NCBI RefSeq assembly: GCF_041248615.1
Contig: NZ_CP158425.1
Source of the DNA: Escherichia coli
Lineage (GTDB): Bacteria > Pseudomonadota > Gammaproteobacteria > Enterobacterales > Enterobacteriaceae
Direction: 5' to 3' (one strand)
Length of the DNA: 64,000 bases
Shown here: piece after piece, positions 57,521 through 64,000 of the stretch
How positions within the stretch are numbered: the stretch's first letter is position 1
Layout: each line of letters starts with the position of its first letter
The notes under the pieces: generated by a model
Database searches by the model: none
What the model saw: only the letters and a program-made list of their open reading frames with translations
What the model was told of the DNA's origin: nothing
Made by a program: the position numbers and the translations under genes

Positions 57521-58465
57521 ATGAAACTTTCCCGTCAGACGACTTCTGATACTTCTGTTGATGGCCGTTCACGCGCATATGCCTGGGGCCGTGTCCATTA
57601 TTTCATTATCGAACATGCACCAATGGCTGAGCTGGTCGCTATTGACGAGCTGCTGGAAAAAGCTGGCTGGAGCAATGACGGCTGTCCGAACTATGAGAAA
57701 GATGACGAGTTTGGTAATGCTGGTTACAGCTGTGGTTACTGGATCGATATTGACAGCGTGGGAAGCTTCAAGGCTGACTACAAACGTCTTAAGGGGGAGA
57801 TTAGTGCGCATATCGCCTCAAAGGCGGCAGAGGTGGAGATCCGCGTACTGGACTCGATGTCCGACAAAGAATGTAAAGATGTTGCCTCGGTGGCATCTAC
57901 TGTTCGCCGTGACTTACGTACGCAGTCCGAATCGCTTCATTCACTGCGTACAATCGTAACGGTTGATCATTACAATCCCTATGTGACCACCAGCCGCCCG
58001 CTGAGCATTTCCGCCTGGACACTTATCCACGACTGTCTGAAAACAGGCACCATCAATGACGTCTGTTCACGGTTGAGTTCATTAATCCTGCACTCTGAAG
58101 CCGCGATTGCCCGTTGTAAGGGAAGCTCCGACTACTCTTCGGAACACGCTCAGCTATCGTTTTTTGCTGGTAACGACTATGTCACCAGACGCACCCTTGT
58201 TGATGCAGCTCACGAAGAGGCTCTGCGAATGAACCGCCGCTTTGATGAACGCATTGCAATGAACGCGGATTCTGATGCCAGAAGGCTCCAGTGCGAATTC
58301 AACCTTAGCAACCATGTCGTACAGCGTAGGACCGTTGAATCTGCTCATATCCAGGCACTCAATGAAGACGTCACCCGTTCACAGGCGGAACCACGCTGCC
58401 CTGGAAAGCTTCTTCTGAATATGACCAGTCATGAGGAAGTGCGGGACTCACTGAGCGCCTGTTAG
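57521..58465 (+). CDS. hypothetical protein
   Basis: 314 aa with a GGAG RBS. TTGACA-like -35 at 57429-57434. Confidence 0.55.
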   Translation: MKLSRQTTSDTSVDGRSRAYAWGRVHYFIIEHAPMAELVAIDELLEKAGWSNDGCPNYEKDDEFGNAGYSCGYWIDIDSVGSFKADYKRLKGEISAHIASKAAEVEIRVLDSMSDKECKDVASVASTVRRDLRTQSESLHSLRTIVTVDHYNPYVTTSRPLSISAWTLIHDCLKTGTINDVCSRLSSLILHSEAAIARCKGSSDYSSEHAQLSFFAGNDYVTRRTLVDAAHEEALRMNRRFDERIAMNADSDARRLQCEFNLSNHVVQRRTVESAHIQALNEDVTRSQAEPRCPGKLLLNMTSHEEVRDSLSAC

Positions 58466-58561
58466 TCCAGCGACACCCCCTGCGGCTCTACTACCGGGCC
58501 GCAGTCTGCTCCTGCCCAGATGGTGCCAGTGGTGTAATGAATTTGTTTAATAAGGCTAAGT

Positions 58562-59164
58562 ATGATGAATAAAGAACAACTAATCGACAAACTGGAACGC
58601 GTGGTATGTGGTCAGTACTCCTACGAAATGCAGGAGCTTGCGTATTCGGCCCTCTGCTGCATTAAAGGCACCCCGGACGACTGCGCTAAGTTCCCTGTTA
58701 CGCGTCCGCTGCCTGACACCTTAGTGGACGTATGGGACGAAATCGGGCAATACCTTGGCACAGGCAAAGCCATTGAAACTCGCAGTTGCGGCGTTTCGCT
58801 TCTGCTTCATGGACACTGCTACGATTCAAATCATGTGCTTTACTGGCGCAATGCTGGCGCACTTCCAGCAGCTTGCGATACGCCACTGGCTGGTGGGTCT
58901 CGCAAACTGTTCACCTGCTCAGCCTGTGGAGTGGACGGTCTGGATGAACCACCTGAAACCAGTTGCCACTGCTGCACAGAGGGGGCCCACTGGGTTGAGA
59001 GCAGGCTCTTCACCTCCGGGCAGGCAGACCCTGAAGAATTTAGACCCGTGGCGGTCGTGAAAGAGTGTGCAGGCTCAACGCCGGATGATCGGCTCATCTG
59101 GAGTGTGATTGAACAGCTCAACGGCGAACTGGCGGAAGGCGATAAACTATTTAAGCGACGCTGA
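58562..59164 (+). CDS. cysteine-rich hypothetical protein
   Basis: 200-aa ORF containing many Cys, including CSACGVDG...CHCC. Confidence 0.5.
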   Translation: MMNKEQLIDKLERVVCGQYSYEMQELAYSALCCIKGTPDDCAKFPVTRPLPDTLVDVWDEIGQYLGTGKAIETRSCGVSLLLHGHCYDSNHVLYWRNAGALPAACDTPLAGGSRKLFTCSACGVDGLDEPPETSCHCCTEGAHWVESRLFTSGQADPEEFRPVAVVKECAGSTPDDRLIWSVIEQLNGELAEGDKLFKRR

Positions 59165-59217
59165 CAGATCACGGCAGCATTTATAACAGACGAACTCCAG
59201 AATAATTTAAAGCAACC

Positions 59218-59574
59218 ATGAACATGAAAAAGCCCAAAGCTGCATTACAGAATGCCATGAAAGAAGATGTGCCAGCTGTGACACAGATTCAGATGCGATC
59301 TACGGTTTCCAGAAAGGTTCGCTATGTAAAACAGGCAAATCGAGAGGGTCTGAAATTATCTGAGTGGATGTCGCGGCATCTCGACGCTGTCTGTGATACC
59401 GCAGATGAGATTCATAAAGGCAAACGCTCAACTCCGGTTGCGCCTGGGAAGATTCCCCCAGAGGTATACCAGGTGATATACGATCAGTGCGGCGGGTTCG
59501 TGGAGTGTGATGCTAATGCCCAGGTTATCTGGGAAGCCTGCCGTAATGCCATTCTTAACGGAGACAAAGGGTAA
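59218..59574 (+). CDS. putative ribbon-helix-helix DNA-binding protein
   Basis: The N-terminal segment QIQMRSTVSRKVRYVKQANREGLKLSEWMSRHLDAV resembles a CopG/Arc RHH fold pattern. Confidence 0.45.
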   Translation: MNMKKPKAALQNAMKEDVPAVTQIQMRSTVSRKVRYVKQANREGLKLSEWMSRHLDAVCDTADEIHKGKRSTPVAPGKIPPEVYQVIYDQCGGFVECDANAQVIWEACRNAILNGDKG

Positions 59575-59619
59575 ACGGCAGGTATCGCCTGTCATTTTAC
59601 CCTTGTGAGGACAATACTG

Positions 59620-59823
59620 ATGAACCATGAGAGCCGAACTGTATACCTGAACACGGCCATTGAGGCCCTGCTGAAAGCTGAGGCGGCTCTGAACGATCTG
59701 GCATTAGCCTATGAGCTTAAACCTGATGAAAAGGCAAGCGCATGCCATCCCAGAACCGGCACACTTTCCACTGCGTCCCAGGTAAAAAAACTCCGCCGTG
59801 TCCTTGAGAAGCAGAAGGTATGA
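59620..59823 (+). CDS. small hypothetical protein (67 aa)
   Basis: GAGGA RBS before the ATG at 59620. Confidence 0.45.
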   Translation: MNHESRTVYLNTAIEALLKAEAALNDLALAYELKPDEKASACHPRTGTLSTASQVKKLRRVLEKQKV

Positions 59824-60140
59824 AGGGCTGCATCAGCCAGGCCCGGATATAAATACATGCTCTGCCAGGTGAGTACCACTGCCCGGTAGCCGAATGATAA
59901 GTTTTGATTTCACGGTTGCAATTTCTCCCTCTGGCATCACTGCTCCACGATGCACCCCGATCAGCTTAGCGTCTGAAAATGAAGATGCACCGGACCTGCA
60001 TGAAGCGGAACGGTGCCCAGCTGAGTGTTTGTGGGCACAATGAACCGCAATTTCATGATGGGAATGAAAGATGGCTGGTGGCCCGCTGATATGAACGCTT
60101 ACCCTGCATAACGTTACTAACCACAATCTTTTCACTAAAA

Positions 60141-60173
60141 GAAAAAAGGGTTCCTCCGCTTTAGAGGAACCCT
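60141..60173 (-). terminator. strong rho-independent terminator at the 3' end of the hok-type transcript
   Basis: Stem AGGGTTCCTC/GAGGAACCCT followed on the minus strand by TTTTTTC. Confidence 0.7.
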
Positions 60174-60241
60174 TTCAAAAGGTGCCGATGGCATACTAAT
60201 CCACACCCTGAAAAGAGGGGGGTTGCCCCCCTCTTTGTCAG

Positions 60242-60400
60242 CTACTTACCGGATTCGTAGGCCAGGATAGCAAATACCTCCCTTGTTCCGTCTTTCATCC
60301 GCAACTCGCAAAGCGAGTTTCGTGTGAGCCAGGTGAATATCAACAGCGTTAAACAAACTATTAATATGCACAAAACAATGGGTTGGTTCGGCATTTTCAT
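60242..60400 (-). CDS. hok: Hok/Gef-family type I toxin (52 aa)
   Basis: [52 protein letters not shown] aligns along its length with R1 Hok ([52 protein letters not shown], from memory). Confidence 0.9.
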   Translation of the reverse strand: MKMPNQPIVLCILIVCLTLLIFTWLTRNSLCELRMKDGTREVFAILAYESGK

Positions 60401-60754
60401 GGCCTTCTTCTCCTTGCATTTAAGCAGGCAAGAGGCTACGCTGTGTGTGACTAGCATACAGGGGCCTCGGGTTAATTGAAAAATTACTCGGGGCTTTCTG
60501 CTTTTACCACAGTCAAACAGTGTTACCGCTGGCTGGGGCAAAAGCCTCCAGCACCAGCGTCATTATATCACTCTGCCCTGATCAGCCAAACACCCTGCCT
60601 GCATAAATCATTGATTTATAATTTATTTGACATGAGTCACTTCCGGTTGTCGGAGACAGTCTTTTTACACTAAAGAAAAGGGTAACGGGCAGCTGCTTGG
60701 TCGGAACATACAGTGCAGTTCCTGCCCGTTTAATTTCCGGATGCAATGGTAGGA

Positions 60755-61360
60755 TCAGGAGGCACTGGTTCCGTTGATTAGGGAAAGCTTATGTGCCTGA
60801 ATACGGCTGTATTCGAGATGGGATGGAATATTACAGATGCGCTCCAGTCGATCATGCAGCCTCGTGTAGGTCAGTCGATGAATACCGGACATTTCATCAA
60901 GTAGCCAGCGCTTGATGTAAGGGTTACAGGAAAGCCGGGCAAGATCGTCGTCATCCACTTCGTCAAAGAACCAGTACTGCTCCATCGGGACTACCTGAAA
61001 TATCCACGGCCGGGGATAGTCCCCTGTGACAACCAAAAACCATGCGAGAAAGCATAGACACAGCTCAACGATCATCAGCATCGAAAATTGCGAATAACTT
61101 AGACCAGGCACATAGGGTGAACTATCCGCAACATACCCCCTGAACAATTCCGCCACAAGGTAGCCCAATAGCGACAAGGCCAGCATCAGGGTCAGGATTA
61201 ATCCCCCATTAAACGCTACCGAAGCCTTTTGAACCCGATCAGGTGCTGTCCGGCTGCGATAGTTGGTCACTACTCTTTCTACAAGTGCCCTTATGGCAGC
61301 CTGTTCTTTACTGACATCAGCTCCGGAAAAACCGGACGGGCTTTTATTTAATTCAGTCAT
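60755..61360 (-). CDS. integral membrane protein of unknown function
   Basis: 201 aa with three hydrophobic segments and an AGGAG RBS. Confidence 0.55.
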   Translation of the reverse strand: MTELNKSPSGFSGADVSKEQAAIRALVERVVTNYRSRTAPDRVQKASVAFNGGLILTLMLALSLLGYLVAELFRGYVADSSPYVPGLSYSQFSMLMIVELCLCFLAWFLVVTGDYPRPWIFQVVPMEQYWFFDEVDDDDLARLSCNPYIKRWLLDEMSGIHRLTYTRLHDRLERICNIPSHLEYSRIQAHKLSLINGTSAS

Positions 61361-61575
61361 ACCCCACTCCTGTTATGTGCTCTACTGAACAAACACGTAG
61401 ATCATACAGAGCTCACGGACGCACTCCTGCCAGATAAAGGAGGGAATTTGGCTGTAAGACGGTTAGCCAACAGTTCAGGTTATGCGTGGGATCCGGCCAG
61501 TCAGAAAGGATTCCGTTATTAACAGGCAAGGTTAAAGGCAGATGGACGTTGAAATTGTGGATGCTAAAAGGGGTA

Positions 61576-61857
61576 TTACTCTTTTTCCTGCATAGCGGCT
61601 TTTTCAGCCCGGGTGGCCAGGCGAGCATTTCCGAAAGGTTCACGGACAAGCAGGGGCTTCTCCTTCTTCCAGCCCCTGATAGCCGTTTCTCCAAAACGAC
61701 GTGGTGCATTGCCGTTCCAGCGAGCAATCACATGATTATCATGAATTTCTATAATGACAACGGGGTGGACAATGACCGTTGTAATGGTGGTATTTCCCAT
61801 TTTGGTACGGGTTACAGACCAAACCTGCATCCCGGATTCCAGCTGGCTGATTTTCAT
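61576..61857 (-). CDS. hypothetical protein
   Basis: 93 aa with an AAGGA RBS. Confidence 0.55.
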   Translation of the reverse strand: MKISQLESGMQVWSVTRTKMGNTTITTVIVHPVVIIEIHDNHVIARWNGNAPRRFGETAIRGWKKEKPLLVREPFGNARLATRAEKAAMQEKE

Positions 61858-62082
61858 ATTATATCCTTAAGCCAACACGAACTGCGCCACAAAAATTAAT
61901 GTGGCGCAATTTACCATAAACAATAAACATCAGATACCCGTGAAGAGATTTCCCTTTATTTTAAAATTCTTCTGGAGAAAAAATGATATTTCCAGAAGAA
62001 GTCAGCGAAATTCAGAAACGGCCATCACAATGGTGCTGCGCTGACGCTGGCGTTCTGCCTTGCGCTGCCTGCGGCGATAGAT

Positions 62083-62178
62083 CTATTTTGCGCTGACGTA
62101 AGGGCAGTCCTCACGGGTATACCAGCAGCAGCCGCAAGGTTCGGGCCGGGGTTTTCCGGCAAGTCCAAATGGTTTCAT
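62083..62178 (-). CDS. unannotated 31-aa cysteine-rich peptide
   Basis: AAGGTG RBS 5 nt before the ATG. MKPFGLAGKPRPEPCGCCWYTREDCPYVSAK. Below the ORF-track size cutoff. Confidence 0.35.
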   Translation of the reverse strand: MKPFGLAGKPRPEPCGCCWYTREDCPYVSAK

Positions 62179-62231
62179 CAAGTCACCTTTTTAATATTTT
62201 TAATGGCAAGATACTTCCCTAACACATTGTT

Positions 62232-62543
62232 TTATCGCATATAACGCTGTTGCATAAACAGATACAGATAACCCTCAGGAGAAAACATGCAAAGGTTATC
62301 AGTGATAACCGCATCCAGATACCGAGTGTCAGTCTGTAAACGTTTTATCACCAGAAAATGTGCTGCCGCAGCCTTAATGCCAGAACTACCGTTTACAACA
62401 TTATGTATACCCGCTTCGAATAACGAACGAGCATGAATTACCTTTTCCCGGGCCGCTTCGATCTCCGCATTAATAACGCATTGCCGCGCCTGGATGACTG
62501 CCTCTCCGGTTAAATCGCGGAAATTCATTAGAGATGTGATCAT
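62232..62543 (-). CDS. hypothetical protein
   Basis: 103 aa with a GGAGA RBS. TATAAT -10 at about 62565-62570. Confidence 0.55.
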   Translation of the reverse strand: MITSLMNFRDLTGEAVIQARQCVINAEIEAAREKVIHARSLFEAGIHNVVNGSSGIKAAAAHFLVIKRLQTDTRYLDAVITDNLCMFSPEGYLYLFMQQRYMR

Positions 62544-62765
62544 GATTAACTCTCCAGATTATGTGGAATCATTATAACAACTGGCATCCCGCCACAAATA
62601 ACCTGAGAAAAATTCTTTGAAATATTCCTATATATAAGGAATTACAGTCGGAAAAGAAACGATGAAATAGCGCCGACCGCTTAAAATCGATAAATTAAAA
62701 TGGACGGCACTGGAATGAAAAACTGAAAGTAGTAAGACCGTAATTATCCTTCACGGATGTAAGCT

Positions 62766-62966
62766 TTATAAGAGGAGTACTGGCAAAGCTTTGCCAAGTA
62801 CTTCGGCGGTTGTGTCTACGATTTTACGGATGTCATCGATCTGCGAAGGCTTATTCAACACCACCGTAAAAAGCTCTCCTTCGTTATCAGCCTGCTCGCA
62901 GTTTCCGTATCGGCTCCCGTCGTACAGCTGCACAATACGTGACATAGAAGACTTTGTTTGTTTCAT
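62766..62966 (-). CDS. small hypothetical protein, paralogue of 63006-63230
   Basis: 66 aa with an AGGTG RBS. Confidence 0.5.
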   Translation of the reverse strand: MKQTKSSMSRIVQLYDGSRYGNCEQADNEGELFTVVLNKPSQIDDIRKIVDTTAEVLGKALPVLLL

Positions 62967-63005
62967 GGCTTTGCACCTGCTTTTAGGCAGTTTGGTTACT
63001 GGTTA

Positions 63006-63230
63006 TCAGAAGCTGGTTTCATGCGCTTCCGGCTGGGACACGAACTGGTATTTGACGCCGCCAGGCACACCTACTGCTTCGGCAATAGAGTCGCAAAGCC
63101 GCGATAAATCATTTAGTGTCATCGGATATTCAATATCTACAGAATATAAAGCACCTGCATTTTCAGCATCTTCGATGTTTTTATACTGGGCACTAAATAT
63201 AGCAATGGTCTGAATTTCGTGGTTATGCAT
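63006..63230 (-). CDS. small hypothetical protein, paralogue of 62766-62966
   Basis: 74 aa with an AAGGA RBS. Confidence 0.5.
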   Translation of the reverse strand: MHNHEIQTIAIFSAQYKNIEDAENAGALYSVDIEYPMTLNDLSRLCDSIAEAVGVPGGVKYQFVSQPEAHETSF

Positions 63231-63251
63231 GAACCGGTCCTTATTAAATTA

Positions 63252-63276
63252 TAAAAGCCACCCGAGAGTGGCCTGA
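63252..63276 (-). terminator. probable terminator after the 67-aa membrane-protein gene
   Basis: Stem GCCAC/GTGGC followed on the minus strand by TTTTAT. Confidence 0.45.
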
Positions 63277-63284
63277 GTTGAAAC

Positions 63285-63488
63285 TTAAATCTGTGAAGTA
63301 TTTTTGAGAGATTTTTTGCGATCCAGATGCCGGGCAACAATGGTTCCGATAACAAGTAGCATGATGACCGCACTGAAGAAGGTGCTGTCAGGGACGCCCT
63401 GGAAAAAATCACTGAAACTGTAAACAATAAAAATCAATGCGCAAAAATAGAAAACGATACGAACATAAGGGGTAAAAAACATTTTCAT
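63285..63488 (-). CDS. small two-TM membrane protein
   Basis: 67 aa, very hydrophobic, with a GGAAGG RBS. Confidence 0.5.
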   Translation of the reverse strand: MKMFFTPYVRIVFYFCALIFIVYSFSDFFQGVPDSTFFSAVIMLLVIGTIVARHLDRKKSLKNTSQI

Positions 63489-63667
63489 CGGTTGCCTTCC
63501 ATTCAGGGAGAATTCTCAGTAATTACATCACACCTGAAGAGAAACTATTTTCGTATAAATGAGCATTTTCGACATATCAGAGGGGGGGTTTACTCATAAA
63601 TGAGGTAGTAAGGGTCACACTTGAGGTGAAAGTTACTTTCCTGGCTGCGAACGAACTATCTCAAATG

Positions 63668-63961
63668 TTAGAGGTGTGCGTTCGCCTTGAGAGCCTCATG
63701 CCCTGAGGAGCTCAACTTGAGCCGATAGTATAAACCTGGCTCCAGATGGCTTGCTGGCTGGCATAACTCCACGAGGCCGAGCCGGAACAGGACCGGAGAG
63801 CTCCTGCACGTCACATCATCAGGATTCCCCATAAACGTACGCCGTTCTCTGGCCCGTCTGAAATTGCCAGAGATATCATAGACCGTGCCGGATGCCATCC
63901 GTCGTAACACGTAAATCTGTGCCATTGTAAGCTTCTGGGCGGAACTGCTTAAACCTGACAT
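63668..63961 (-). CDS. hypothetical protein (possible winged-helix DNA-binding)
   Basis: 97 aa with an AGGAGGGGAAGG RBS. Confidence 0.5.
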   Translation of the reverse strand: MSGLSSSAQKLTMAQIYVLRRMASGTVYDISGNFRRARERRTFMGNPDDVTCRSSPVLFRLGLVELCQPASHLEPGLYYRLKLSSSGHEALKANAHL

Positions 63962-64000
63962 ACCTTCCCCTCCTTATATAAAACAATCCGCCAGCAGCTC

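Noticed and set aside
59833-60135. 100-aa minus-strand ORF between the plus-strand operon and hok
   Set aside because: It has no RBS, a His/Ser/Arg-rich odd composition, and sits downstream of the strong hok terminator. It is probably non-coding.
60242-60541. 99-aa ORF as a single protein
   Set aside because: Only the last 52 codons match Hok. The upstream part is the leader region of the hok-type mRNA, so at most it is a mok-like coupling frame.

Overview
The window has two parts. (1) 1-20737 is a multidrug-resistance mosaic. It contains IS26, two truncated Tn5393-type copies (one with IS1133-strA-strB, one with tnpA-res-tnpR) flanking an aph(3')-I segment, nested IS3- and IS5-family elements with GC-rich foreign fragments, tmrB, aac(3)-II and blaTEM-1. 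An IS1 truncates an Aer-like PAS chemoreceptor gene. (2) 20738-64000 (about 43% GC by eye) is backbone of a MOBH / F-type-T4SS conjugative element of the SXT/R391-IncC-IncT kind. It carries a LexA-box-controlled umuDC-like pair, DsbA/DsbC-like proteins, a lytic transglycosylase, traG-traH-traF and an FlhC/FlhD-like (SetCD/AcaCD-type) activator pair. An eight-gene translationally coupled operon (orf161-orf245-traI-traD-orf369-traJ-like-S49 peptidase-NERD) follows. The last ~13 kb is mostly small unknown genes on the minus strand, with an orphan ParB-like gene and an unannotated hok-type toxin. No rep gene or integrase is in the window, so plasmid versus ICE cannot be decided. The most interesting signal is non-coding: a 13-bp dyad AAAAGT-N-ACTTTT occurs 14 times in the backbone, and I saw none in the resistance mosaic. 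Two copies lie upstream of the ParB-like gene. A related array of hairpin repeats (AAAAGTGACCCTATG half-sites) sits between the divergent activator and relaxase operons. I interpret this as a plasmid-wide operator network, analogous to KorB/OB, plus a candidate oriT or centromere. All family assignments come from motif recognition and memory; no searches were run.
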